In this document: positions 28,314 to 39,543 of the stretch, piece after piece | Layout: the number at the start of each line of letters is the position of its first letter | Position numbering within the stretch: the stretch's first letter is position 1 | Assembly: GCA_965203175.1 (NCBI GenBank) | Contig: OZ241867.1 | Span: 160,001-224,000 of the forward strand | Direction: 5' to 3' | DNA length: 64,000 nucleotides | Origin: Candidatus Latescibacterota bacterium | Lineage (GTDB): Bacteria > Latescibacterota > UBA2968 > UBA8231 | Notes under the pieces: model-generated | What the model was told of the DNA's origin: nothing | The model's database searches: none | Seen by the model: only the letters and a program-made list of their open reading frames with translations | Translations under genes and position numbers: made by a program

Positions 28314-29038
28314 CGGAATTTCCTCCTGTAAGTGACTGACAGCTCCCGCATGGATTGGGAACTGAAGTGATCGCTTTCCAGCGCGTTTTTAAGATAGTAC
28401 GCAACCCTTAGCTGCGGCGTTATGGTCCACGCCCCACCAACGTTCAAATAGCCTTCTCCCACACCCTGGTTTTGCAGGCCGTTGTTGCGACCCAAGTCGT
28501 ACTCGGCGAATAGGGCCATGAATCGCAAGCTCTTGTCTATACCCAACCACGCCGACCAGTCGCCGTTGTTGGCATCTTCACGTGACATATTGACGCCCGC
28601 GTGGACGCCGAGTTCCCCTAGCATTGAGGTATAATTCTTGCTCAGTGCCAGATAGATTCCCTTGGATTTGACTTGGTAGCGCTGATTTCTATATGGCCCG
28701 ATGCCTTGGGAATCGAAGCCCAAGAGCAGCGCCGGCCACGTGTAGCCCTCTTCGATGATCCGGCACCGGGCAGCCAATCCCACTCGCGGGTTCCAATCGA
28801 CTGCACCCGTGCCAATGAGTTGCTCGCCGCCAAAAGACACGCCCACGCTCAGACGCTTGATCACACCGACGTGCAAGCGGCCGACAGCCCCCCCGTCGGC
28901 AAACAGGCGAACATCCACCGCATAGTGCCCCTTGTTGACCAGCCCGGCCGTCGGGGTATCGACCAAGCTCGTCAACTCAGCCCGTTCGGCGACGGCCGGT
29001 CCAGCAGCAATGCAAAGGCACAGTATCAGCCGCTGCAA
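28310..29038 (-). CDS. Outer-membrane protein, YjbH-like
   Basis: Signal peptide, LVDTPTAGL, alternating beta-strands, GYLNVG; TTG start with GGAGG SD inferred. Confidence 0.65.
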   Translation of the reverse strand: MQRLILCLCIAAGPAVAERAELTSLVDTPTAGLVNKGHYAVDVRLFADGGAVGRLHVGVIKRLSVGVSFGGEQLIGTGAVDWNPRVGLAARCRIIEEGYTWPALLLGFDSQGIGPYRNQRYQVKSKGIYLALSKNYTSMLGELGVHAGVNMSREDANNGDWSAWLGIDKSLRFMALFAEYDLGRNNGLQNQGVGEGYLNVGGAWTITPQLRVAYYLKNALESDHFSSQSMRELSVTYRRKFR

Positions 29039-29061
29039 AATCCCCTCCCTTTGGCCAATTT

Positions 29062-29517
29062 TCAGAACTCGATTTCGTCCACCCCATCCCCTTGCAAGGT
29101 AATTCGCCGCTCGCAAGCCTCCCCGTGCTCTAGCCACACATGGCAGCACCTATCGGGCAACGAGCCATCGGCGCGCTCGGCCCACTCGACCAAGCAGACG
29201 CCGTGGCCGTAAAAGTACTCTTCTGCGCCTAATTCCTCAAGTTCGTCAGCGCCTCTCAGCCGATAGAGATCAAAGTGATAGACGGGCAGATCGCGGCCCT
29301 TATATCGCCCGGCGTATTCGTTGATCAGGATAAAGGTTGGACTCGTCACGTAATCGGCCACCTGCAAAGCCTCGCATACGCCTTGGATCATGCAGGTCTT
29401 GCCGCTGCCCAAGTCGCCGCGAAAGGCGACCACATCGCCCGGTGCCAAACGCCGACCCAGCGCAGCACCCAGCGCGTGGGTCTGGGCCGCCGAGTGCGTG
29501 GTAAAAACCTTTTTCAC
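29062..29517 (-). CDS. tsaE: tRNA threonylcarbamoyladenosine biosynthesis ATPase
   Basis: GDLGSGKT, VTSPTF, YHFDLYRL, LVEWAE. Confidence 0.95.
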   Translation of the reverse strand: MKKVFTTHSAAQTHALGAALGRRLAPGDVVAFRGDLGSGKTCMIQGVCEALQVADYVTSPTFILINEYAGRYKGRDLPVYHFDLYRLRGADELEELGAEEYFYGHGVCLVEWAERADGSLPDRCCHVWLEHGEACERRITLQGDGVDEIEF

Positions 29518-29522
29518 TTTCC

Positions 29523-31082
29523 CTACTTGGGTTCCATAATCGCCACAGGCAAAATCATTTCCTCCAGAGATATGCCACCGTGCTGGAAGCTGCCCTTGTA
29601 GCGGCGCTGGTACTTGTTGAACTGGGTTGGATAGACGAAGTAGAAGTCCTCGCGGGCGATGACGAAGCTGTGACCAAGGCCCGTCGCGGGCAACCCGTAG
29701 GCCTCCGGGTCGGCAATCAGCAGCGCGTCCTTTTCCTCGCAGCGGAGGTTCTGGCCATACTTGTAGCGCAGGCTCGAAGACGTGCTGCGGTCCCCATGCA
29801 CCACCGAAGCGCGCGTGCTGCGCATTGAGCCGTGGTCGGTCGTCAGCACTACCACGGCATCGGTGCGGGCAATGCCCTTGAGGGTCTCGAAAAGCGACGC
29901 ATTGCCAAACCACGTCTGCACCAATGCGCGAAAGGCCGCCTCGTTAGGAGCCATTTCCTTGAGTAGGTCCGACTGCGCCTGACTGTGTACCAGCATGTCG
30001 AGAAAGTTGTACACCACCGACACGAGCGGCCACTTGCCCAGCGATGGTATCTTGCGGGTCAATTTCCGGGCCTCGCTGGTGTCTAGCACCTTGACGTAGT
30101 GCGAACCCGGTTTGAGCACGACGCCCATATCGCGGACCAAGTCGTCAATGAATTGGTGTTCGTGCCGGTTGAGGCTGTATTCGTTGTCTTGGGCCTCGCG
30201 CCACATGGTGCAGTACTTGTCGGCGATCTCTTTGGGGAAAAGCCCGCTGAAGATCGCATTGCGCGCAAAGGGCGTGGCCGTAGGCAAAATCGAGTAGTGG
30301 TAGGAGCGCTTGATGTTGAAGTACTCGGCCAACTGGGGCTCCATCACCATCCAGTGATCCAAGCGCAGACAATCGACCACGATAAAGAATACCTGCCGAC
30401 CTTGTTCAAGATAGGGCACTACGAACTCGGGTACCACATCCACCGACAGCGGCGGCGAATCGCCTTCGTCCGCTATCCAGCGCGTGTAATGCTGCTCGAC
30501 AAAGCGCCCAAACTCGCGGTTGCATTCGCGCCGTTGATCTCCAATCATCTGGCCGAGGCCCGCGTCGCCCAAGCGCGCCACTTCGATGTCCCACTCGCAG
30601 AGTTGCCGATGTACGTCAACCCATGTCTGCCAAGTCGCGTCTGCGATTTGCTCGCGGATCTGGCCGGCCCGCGAGACGTAGTGTTGCCCGGCTTGGCTTT
30701 GGCGAATCTGCCGCGCGTCGAGTAGCTGTTTGCAAGCCATGAAAATCTGGCTGGGGTTGACCGGCTTTGTCAGGTAGTTGTCGATGCGGCGGCCAATCGC
30801 CTCGTCCATTAGGTGTTCTTCTTCGTTCTTGGTAATCATAATTACCGGCACGTTGGGATCGGCCGTCTTGATTTGCTCTAAGGTCGAAAGCCCGTCTAGC
30901 CCCGGCATCATCTCGTCGAGCAGCACGATGTCAAAGGGTGCTTGGGCAATCAGGGCGATGGCGTCCTTGCCGTTGCTCACCGGCGTCACTGAGTAGCCTC
31001 TTTCGTCGAGAAAGCGTCGGTGAGCGCGCAATAGGTCAATCTCGTCGTCGGCCCAGAGTATCTTTCGCTTGTCCCCTTCCAT
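29523..31082 (-). CDS. porX: PorX-family response regulator (receiver + PglZ/alkaline-phosphatase-like domain)
   Basis: ILWADDEIDLL, LLDEMMPG, DCLRLDHW, LPTATPFARNAIFSG, TTDHGS, FQHGGISLEEM; followed by tsaE. Confidence 0.9.
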   Translation of the reverse strand: MEGDKRKILWADDEIDLLRAHRRFLDERGYSVTPVSNGKDAIALIAQAPFDIVLLDEMMPGLDGLSTLEQIKTADPNVPVIMITKNEEEHLMDEAIGRRIDNYLTKPVNPSQIFMACKQLLDARQIRQSQAGQHYVSRAGQIREQIADATWQTWVDVHRQLCEWDIEVARLGDAGLGQMIGDQRRECNREFGRFVEQHYTRWIADEGDSPPLSVDVVPEFVVPYLEQGRQVFFIVVDCLRLDHWMVMEPQLAEYFNIKRSYHYSILPTATPFARNAIFSGLFPKEIADKYCTMWREAQDNEYSLNRHEHQFIDDLVRDMGVVLKPGSHYVKVLDTSEARKLTRKIPSLGKWPLVSVVYNFLDMLVHSQAQSDLLKEMAPNEAAFRALVQTWFGNASLFETLKGIARTDAVVVLTTDHGSMRSTRASVVHGDRSTSSSLRYKYGQNLRCEEKDALLIADPEAYGLPATGLGHSFVIAREDFYFVYPTQFNKYQRRYKGSFQHGGISLEEMILPVAIMEPK

Positions 31083-31162
31083 GCGTGCGTTACCTTTAGC
31101 TAGAAGTTATAAACTATCGTAAGTATAGACTATCTAAACTCGCCTAAACCCGCGTCCGTTCC

Positions 31163-32935
31163 TCAACCCAAGGGCAAAATCACCTCAAAGGTCGTGCCCT
31201 CGCCCGGCGCGCTATGTACCAAGCTGATCTTACCCTTGTGGTATTCTTCGACGATCCGCTTGACAAACACCAATCCCAACCCCCAGCCGCGCTTCTTGGT
31301 GCTGAACCCCGGTTCGAAGATGCGCTTGACGTGCTCGGGCTCAATGCCGCGCCCGTCGTCCTGAAACGCGACCTGCACAGCGCACCTCTCGGGCAGAAGC
31401 TCCATGCGGATACGCAAGCTGCCCGTCTGGCCATCCATGGCGTCGATGGCGTTCTTGCACAGATTCTCAAACGCCCAACTCATCAATTCGGCGTTGATCG
31501 GCACCAGAGGCAACTCGCTTAGGCATTCCAGTTCGATTTCCTGCCGTCCGAATTGCGGGACGCGACGCCGGAAGTACTCGATCGTCTCCTCCAACACGGC
31601 TGCTACGTCCTTTTCCTCTAGTTCGGGCACCGAGCCGATCTGGCTGAAGCGCGAAGCAATTTGGTCGAGGCGACGCATATCCTGCTGTATCTCCCCGACC
31701 ATCTGATCGACGCGATCCCAGCGTCCGTCTCGGTCCGGTCTCGGAGCGGCGGCAACTTCGCCGCGCAGCAACTCCAGCCACCCAGACAGCGAGGAGAGGG
31801 GGGTCCCGAGTTGGTGGGCCGTCTCCTTGGCCATGCCCACCCAGAGCGAGCGCTGTTGGCTGCGCTTAATGTTGCGGTAGCCGATATAGCCGACGATCAG
31901 AAAGAGGAACAACACGCCGATCTGCACAAAAGGGACGAGGGAAATCCGACCGACCAAGCTCGTGTCGCCATAGTGGATATAGTGCTCAGCCGGGATCCTG
32001 AACTCCAGGGGTGGACGCTGGTTAGCCAAGCTATCGACAAAGGACCGAAGCTGATCTTGGACCGCTTGGGTGGGATCGTCGCTGACTAGCGGCAGCCCAG
32101 CCCCCACCCAAGCCCTAAATTGACCCTCGGCATCTTCGATGATCGCACTGGTCTCGTCCCAATGCAGATAGCTGAAGCTAGCGGCCGGCACGCTGAAGGA
32201 CAGCGGTTCTTCGGCCTTCAGCTCCTGCAATGCTCGTTGCACCTCGGCGAGGGCAACCACCGAAGTGTCGCCACTCACGGGCAGGCCCGCCCCCTGCCAA
32301 GCTGCAATGGCCTCTTGCGTATCCGTAATGACCACACGCTCCCCCTCGCAGTAGAGTCGCCCTAGGGTCTCCGGCGACCAATAAAAGGGAATAGGCGGAT
32401 TCTGAATGTCCATTTCCTCAATCAGCCTGTGCAACTGAGCGGGCGAAGCAGCGGGCGCGTCCACTGCTTTGCTGCGCCAGAAGGCCCAGTCTCCCAATAA
32501 GCTCCAAGTATCAATGTCCTCGGCCTGGATGATCTCGCCGCGGTGATTGGTGATGATGCGCGGGAAATCGACTTTAGTGATCACCTCGGTGAAGAGGGTG
32601 GGGATTTGGCCTTCAGATGCCTGCGGCGCGAACGATATCAGGTGCGCATAGAGATCGACCCGATTCTTTTCGTGTTCGCGCAATTCGGCGATGATCGATT
32701 CATTGTAGAGCAGGAAGGCCAAGATAGCGGCAATGCTGCCGAGAAAGATGTACGCGCGGAAAACCGGCGACGCGCCCAAACTGGCTAGGGCACCGCGCCG
32801 CCAGCGTCGCCAACCCCCTATAGACGACGCGCGTCGCGTCGGCCGATGCCGAGTACGCGAAGGCGGTACTGCGATCTCCTCCATTGGAGCCGAGCGGCGG
32901 CGGCGTTTGGACGCAGTATGGTCGCGTTGGCTCAT
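31163..32935 (-). CDS. Membrane sensor histidine kinase, PorY-like
   Basis: WVGMAKETAHQLGTPLSSL H-box, ENLCKNAIDA, DDGRG, GFSTKKRGWGLGL; two TM segments. Confidence 0.9.
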   Translation of the reverse strand: MSQRDHTASKRRRRSAPMEEIAVPPSRTRHRPTRRASSIGGWRRWRRGALASLGASPVFRAYIFLGSIAAILAFLLYNESIIAELREHEKNRVDLYAHLISFAPQASEGQIPTLFTEVITKVDFPRIITNHRGEIIQAEDIDTWSLLGDWAFWRSKAVDAPAASPAQLHRLIEEMDIQNPPIPFYWSPETLGRLYCEGERVVITDTQEAIAAWQGAGLPVSGDTSVVALAEVQRALQELKAEEPLSFSVPAASFSYLHWDETSAIIEDAEGQFRAWVGAGLPLVSDDPTQAVQDQLRSFVDSLANQRPPLEFRIPAEHYIHYGDTSLVGRISLVPFVQIGVLFLFLIVGYIGYRNIKRSQQRSLWVGMAKETAHQLGTPLSSLSGWLELLRGEVAAAPRPDRDGRWDRVDQMVGEIQQDMRRLDQIASRFSQIGSVPELEEKDVAAVLEETIEYFRRRVPQFGRQEIELECLSELPLVPINAELMSWAFENLCKNAIDAMDGQTGSLRIRMELLPERCAVQVAFQDDGRGIEPEHVKRIFEPGFSTKKRGWGLGLVFVKRIVEEYHKGKISLVHSAPGEGTTFEVILPLG

Positions 32936-33006
32936 CAGCAATAAGAAAAATCCATCGGCAGCGCATGGTGCAGATGGATTTTCACGCAAAAACGAAGTGG
33001 GGAACG

Positions 33007-33459
33007 CTATTTCTTTTGGACTTGTGGTCTAGGCTCAAACGGGTCGGGCTTTGCAGCTTCGCCGCTTGGGGCACCTGTTGCCGGCGACTCGCTCTTTTTC
33101 TGGTGGTTTTCCATCGAACAAGAACCGTGGAAAATCGCGCCCTCGGAGACCGTGAACGAGTCGGTGTACACGTCGCCGGTAAAGCGCGACTGCGTGTCCA
33201 ACCGTACCTTATCGGCGCGCACGGTGCCACTTACGACGCCGTCGATGTACGCGTCTTTGCACTGCAACGTAGCATCGGCCTCGCCCGACTGGCTGATCGT
33301 TAGCTCCCCTGTGCAGGCCAGCTCCCCCTTGAATACGCCGTCGATTCTGACGCTGTTATCCACGGTCAGCTTGCCTTCAAAGTGGCTGCCGCGGCCGATA
33401 ATTGTATTGAGCGCTTGGCCATTGCTAGCGGAAGTACCCTTCTTTTTGTTGCTCAGCAT
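33007..33459 (-). CDS. Bactofilin (polymer-forming cytoskeletal protein)
   Basis: TIIG.G..FEG...VRIDG.F.G...IDG.V.G...EGAIFHG.C.M. Confidence 0.9.
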   Translation of the reverse strand: MLSNKKKGTSASNGQALNTIIGRGSHFEGKLTVDNSVRIDGVFKGELACTGELTISQSGEADATLQCKDAYIDGVVSGTVRADKVRLDTQSRFTGDVYTDSFTVSEGAIFHGSCSMENHQKKSESPATGAPSGEAAKPDPFEPRPQVQKK

Positions 33460-33557
33460 CTCTATCCTAACTTGATTGCGCGTTTCCACGGCCCATTAGC
33501 CGCGATTTTTGGAATATACAATACAGCCTTGGGCGAATCAACAAGCGGCGCGCTGTG

Positions 33558-34733
33558 TCAATTGGCCAAGCGCTTCTTGCGCGCGGCACGCAGGGCCTTG
33601 CGGATTTCCTCCTGCTCCTGCAGTTGCTCGCTGATCACCATGGCGACTTCGCTCGTCAGGCCCTCGACCGAGGTCGTGGTAATCACCGGAATGCCGTAGG
33701 CGGCACTCGTTTCAATGAGATAGTCCTGAATTTTGAGAATATCCTCTAAGTGCTCCATATAGCGATGGGCCGAACGAGACGGGGCCTCACTAGCACGCTG
33801 GGCAAAACGATCCTCAAAGGCATCGCGACCGGGAAGTTCCAAACAGACGGGCGTGATAAAAGCATCGCCAGCATATCCATCTAAGTCCAGCATGTCGCTG
33901 ATTAGGTGCACGCCGTCGATGATGACGCTGGTATTTTCCTCAATGCAGCGGCTGATGATAGCCTTGACCCCAACGTAGACGCTGCGCGCCTGCTCGCGAA
34001 ACCCGGCGACGACTACGTCGAGATGACCAGTCGCAGGAACGGCCTTCCAGGCGGTGTACGAGGAGGTGTGCAGGGCCGGCACCAGCTCCTGTGCAAGCGT
34101 CAGGCGCATGACTTGGCGCAAATCGTCGGTAGCTACCACCCGGGGAATGTCGAGCAAATTGGCCAGCGCAATCGCCAACGTGGTCTTGCCGACCCCGCTG
34201 GCACCGCCGATGAGAATGATCAGGGGTTTATCTACATCACCCCAAGCTCGCCACAAGCGGTAGCGCTCGGCAAAAGACTTATCAAAGGACTTTTCGATCA
34301 GTTCGGCCGCCAAATCCTCCAACTCCCAGTGCGCGATGTGCTGGCGGCGCTGGTCTATCAAGCGGGCTTCAATCGTTCGCGCAATCTCGTAGCTCTGGTC
34401 CGGAGCTAGCCCAGACGCCTGAATGGAATCCGACAGCAGTTCCTTGGAGAAAGGCCGCGACCCGCTCTTGCGCTCGACGATGATGGTGGTGGGCTGGCGC
34501 TCCCAGAAAATTAGGTCGCCGACTTCGTACGTGTCGAACCCCTTGCGAATGGCACTGTTTACGAGTTGCACCATATCCTTCTTGCGCACGGACTCTACTT
34601 TGCCCAAAGACGCGCGCACGGCATTGGCCACAGCGCGGGCGTCTTCGTAGCTGAAACCGCGCTCAATTAGGTAGTGCACCAGCATCCCACGCATAAAGGG
34701 GATGCGCTTTTTGCCATCGACTATGGTTGCCAC
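33558..34733 (-). CDS. 2-phosphoglycerate kinase-like protein with N-terminal ATP-cone domains
   Basis: PFMRG and PFSKELL cone motifs; ILIGGASGVGKTT, TDDLRQVMR, LHTSSY, IIDGVH; GTG start with SD. Confidence 0.8.
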   Translation of the reverse strand: MATIVDGKKRIPFMRGMLVHYLIERGFSYEDARAVANAVRASLGKVESVRKKDMVQLVNSAIRKGFDTYEVGDLIFWERQPTTIIVERKSGSRPFSKELLSDSIQASGLAPDQSYEIARTIEARLIDQRRQHIAHWELEDLAAELIEKSFDKSFAERYRLWRAWGDVDKPLIILIGGASGVGKTTLAIALANLLDIPRVVATDDLRQVMRLTLAQELVPALHTSSYTAWKAVPATGHLDVVVAGFREQARSVYVGVKAIISRCIEENTSVIIDGVHLISDMLDLDGYAGDAFITPVCLELPGRDAFEDRFAQRASEAPSRSAHRYMEHLEDILKIQDYLIETSAAYGIPVITTTSVEGLTSEVAMVISEQLQEQEEIRKALRAARKKRLAN

Positions 34734-34747
34734 AATAGCGCTCCCTT

Positions 34748-35695
34748 TTATTGCCTTGCAACGTTGGAGTCTTCCCACGCCGCAATCGTCTGCTCCAATC
34801 CCTCGACAAACCCAACCCTCGGCTCGTAGCCCAACTCGGCCCGGGCGCGCGATATATCGGCTGACGAGAAGTGGATATCGCCAGCCCGAGGCGGGGCGAA
34901 CATCGGCACCAACTCGGTCCCCAAAATCTGGTTGAGCCCAGCGATCAATTCCAGCAGCGACGCACTGCGGCCGCAGCCGATATTGTATATCCGCCCGGCG
35001 ACTCCCGGCGTAGTAGCGGCCCTCATATTGGCCTCTACCACATCGCCGACATAGACAAAATCGCGCGATTGGTGACCGTCGCCGCAAACGGTTGGCGACT
35101 CGCCGACCCGCATCCGCGCGACAAAAATCGAGATGACGCCCGAGTACGGGGAAGACGGCACCTGCCGAGGGCCAAAGACATTGAAGTAGCGCAAGCCGAC
35201 CACCTCTAAGCCGTAGAGCTGGCTGTACACTCGAGCGTAGTGCTCGGCCATGACCTTGGAAACCGCGTAGGGCGACTCGGGTTCGGGCAGCATGTCCTCG
35301 CGCTTGGGCATTTGCGGATTGTTGCCATACACCGAGGCCGAACTGGGGAAAACCACGCGGCGGACCCCGGCCTGCCGCGCCGCTTCCAACAGCCGCAGCG
35401 TTCCCACGGCGTTGACTTCCTGATCAACGAGGGGCTGCTCAACTGAAGCGGGCACCGACACGATGGCTGCGTGGTGCAGGACGCAATCGACCTGCTGCAC
35501 GACCTCGGCAAGCAAGGCCGCATCGCGAATATCGCCCTCGACGAACTCTATCTCGCTTAGGATGTCGGCCAAGTTTTCGCGCCGTCCCGTGCTCAAGTCG
35601 TCGAGAACCCGCACTGCGTGTCCTTCTGCACACAAGCGCTGACACAGGTGCGAACCAATAAATCCCGCTCCGCCCGTAACCAAATACCGACCCAT
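34748..35695 (-). CDS. NAD-dependent sugar-nucleotide epimerase/dehydratase (GalE/WbpP-like)
   Basis: TGGAGFIGSH, YAVSK, LRYFNVFGPRQ, RDFVYV. Confidence 0.92.
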   Translation of the reverse strand: MGRYLVTGGAGFIGSHLCQRLCAEGHAVRVLDDLSTGRRENLADILSEIEFVEGDIRDAALLAEVVQQVDCVLHHAAIVSVPASVEQPLVDQEVNAVGTLRLLEAARQAGVRRVVFPSSASVYGNNPQMPKREDMLPEPESPYAVSKVMAEHYARVYSQLYGLEVVGLRYFNVFGPRQVPSSPYSGVISIFVARMRVGESPTVCGDGHQSRDFVYVGDVVEANMRAATTPGVAGRIYNIGCGRSASLLELIAGLNQILGTELVPMFAPPRAGDIHFSSADISRARAELGYEPRVGFVEGLEQTIAAWEDSNVARQ

Positions 35696-35880
35696 ATTTC
35701 CTCGCATCAAAGTTAGCTGTGCTAATATAGCAACGCCAAGGCGGCTGTGCATAACGCCTTGAGTGGCACAATCGACTTGTTGATTTTCGCTCACACTTGT
35801 ATATTTGCAAAACTCACACGAGGCGGTGTGGGAGGCCATGGCATGCGCTGTGGCCTTTTTTATTTTCTACACACTACACT

Positions 35881-37361
<1,481 letters not shown>

Positions 37362-37365
<4 letters not shown>

Positions 37366-38336
37366 TCATCGGCGGTGATGTCGGCGGCACCAAAACGTAC
37401 CTCGCCGCTTTCGACCCAGCCGCCCAAGGCTTCGACCCTCTCGTCGAGCGGCGCTACCAAACTGCGTCCTACCCCAGCGCCGGTGCGCTACTCAAGGCCT
37501 TCGCCGACGAGACTCAGATCGCCCCCAGCCGCACGGTCTTAGGCGTACCCGGCCCCGTCCATCAGCTTCCCGTCCGCGCCGTCAATCTGCCCTGGCTCAT
37601 CGATCCCAGCGAGATTTCGGCCGTGCTCAACGGCACTGACGTTCACCTGCTCAACGACCTGCAAGCGACCGCCTACGGCACCTTGGTGTTGGAGCCGGAC
37701 GACCTGTGTCCGCTCAACGAAGGGCAGCGCGACCCAAAGGGCAACATCGCCGTCATTGCCGCCGGTACCGGACTGGGCGAGGGAGGCTTGTGCTGGGCCG
37801 AGGGCCGCTACGCAGCAATCGCCTCTGAAGGGGGACACGCGACCTTTGGACCAAGTTCCGCGCTCGAAGTCGAACTTTGGCGTTTTCTCAACGAGCGCTA
37901 CGGCCACGTTAGCTGGGAACGGGTGGTCTCGGGCCAAGGCTTGGCCGCGATCTACGACTTTCTGTGCGAACGGCATCCCGACCGCACCGACGCTTCTCTG
38001 GCCCCCGAGGCCGCACAGCCCGACCGCGCCGAGGCCATCGCTCGCGCTGGCCTCGAAAGCCACTCCGCGCTGGCCGTAACAGCCCTCGACCTTTTCGCAC
38101 TCCTCTACGGCCGCGAAGCGGGGAACTTAGCGCTGAAGTTAATGTCTTCGGGAGGAGTTTTCGTCGGCGGCGGCATTGCGCCCAAAATCCTCGCCAAGCT
38201 GCGCGACGGCCGCTTTATGGAGGGCTTTATGGACAAAGGCCGCATGGGCGAGCCTCTCGCGGCCATTCCCGTCCGCGTCGTGCTCAACGACAAGACCGCG
38301 CTGCTAGGTGCTGCCTATTGGGGGGCGCAGCTTTAG
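37362..38336 (+). CDS. glk: Glucokinase
   Basis: GDVGGTKT, LLND, AGTGLGE, SEGGH, GGGIAPKI, FMDKGRM; GTGA overlap with zwf. Confidence 0.95.
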
Positions 38337-38340
38337 TCTG

Positions 38341-39540
38341 CTAGCCGAGTAATTCTTTGAGGCGATGGGCGATCTGTTCGGGCTCGCCTTCCTTGAGACA
38401 CATCGGCCCAAAAATCACCGCACCCTCGTGCACATATGTCGGGTTAGCCGCGATTGGCGGCCGACCTTCCTGTAGCGCTCTGACCAGTTCCAGCGCCGTC
38501 ATGCCCGCGGCTTCCTCATCGAGTACCAGCCGCGCCGTCGGAATCTCGGCGCGCTTGCGGTCGGCTACCACCGCGATCTCGGCGCTTCTCAGCGCTCCAC
38601 ATGCGGCCACTAGTTCCTCCATCAGCGCATACCAGCGCTGCCGCCGCGCCTCCGGGTCTTCGGCCACAAAGAGACGCAGCGCCTTCATCAACCCCGCGAT
38701 TTCCTCCTTGCCGACCTTGCAGGGCCGCCCAATGCCGTGCTGCGGGGCACCGGGTAGCTGCGACTTGTCGATCAAACTCGCCGGCGGGTCCCAAAGCTCG
38801 GGCATCACGTCGAGGTCCTGGTGTTGCAGCGCGGCCGCGGCGATCAAATCCCGCCGTCCGCACAAAATCCCCGAAGCCTGTGGTCCACCGATGGCCTTGC
38901 CGCCGCTAAAGGCGACCAAATCGGCTCCAGCGGCAATGAAGCGCTGCAAATTGCTCGCCGGTGGCAACTGCCCTGCCGCATCCACAATCACCGGCACGCC
39001 GCCCTTGCGCGCCGCGGCCACCACCTCCTCCAGTGACGGTTGCGTATGCGCGTATGCCACGTACGCGATCGCCGCCGTTCGCTCGGTGATCGCCGCCTCG
39101 ATCTCCCAACCTTCTGCATCGCGTATTCCCGCCCCGGAAAAGCGGTCGGCAATCCCCACCTCCACCAACTCGATTCCCACTGAGCGCACCGCGTGGTCGT
39201 AGAAGTTTCGGTGGCTGCGTGCCATGATTACTTCGTTCTTCATCCCGGACGTATCCGGCAAGCGGTTCATCTTCCCTGGATCCAATCCGGTCACACAAGC
39301 GGCCGTCCCCAGCAACAAGCCCGCCGCCGCCCCGCTCGTCACATACCCGGCCTCCGCGCCAGTGATCTCGGCGATAACCTCCCCAGCCCGCGCCTGCATC
39401 TGCGCTATATCCACGCAGCACTCCGAAGCCTGCCGCATGGCCTCAGCTACCTCTGGGTGCATAATCGACCCGCTCAATCGCGTCGCCGGTCCTACGGCGT
39501 TGATAATGGGATCGACTCCTAATTCTCGATATATATCCAT
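38341..39540 (-). CDS. SelA/DgaE-like PLP-dependent enzyme
   Basis: INAVG..TRL.GS, TSGAAAG, VDAA, FSGGKAIGGPQASG, GIGR..KVGKEEI. Confidence 0.85.
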   Translation of the reverse strand: MDIYRELGVDPIINAVGPATRLSGSIMHPEVAEAMRQASECCVDIAQMQARAGEVIAEITGAEAGYVTSGAAAGLLLGTAACVTGLDPGKMNRLPDTSGMKNEVIMARSHRNFYDHAVRSVGIELVEVGIADRFSGAGIRDAEGWEIEAAITERTAAIAYVAYAHTQPSLEEVVAAARKGGVPVIVDAAGQLPPASNLQRFIAAGADLVAFSGGKAIGGPQASGILCGRRDLIAAAALQHQDLDVMPELWDPPASLIDKSQLPGAPQHGIGRPCKVGKEEIAGLMKALRLFVAEDPEARRQRWYALMEELVAACGALRSAEIAVVADRKRAEIPTARLVLDEEAAGMTALELVRALQEGRPPIAANPTYVHEGAVIFGPMCLKEGEPEQIAHRLKELLG

Positions 39541-39543
39541 ATT

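Noticed and set aside
38357-39202. Long antisense or alternate-frame ORFs (also 3866-4909, 22288-23307, 41605-42606, 5673-6653)
   Set aside because: Expected shadows of GC-rich genes; biased composition and no motifs
38341-39540. Call as true selA (selenocysteine system)
   Set aside because: Shorter SelA-like/DgaE-type sequence; no selB, selC or selD nearby and no in-frame TGA recoding seen
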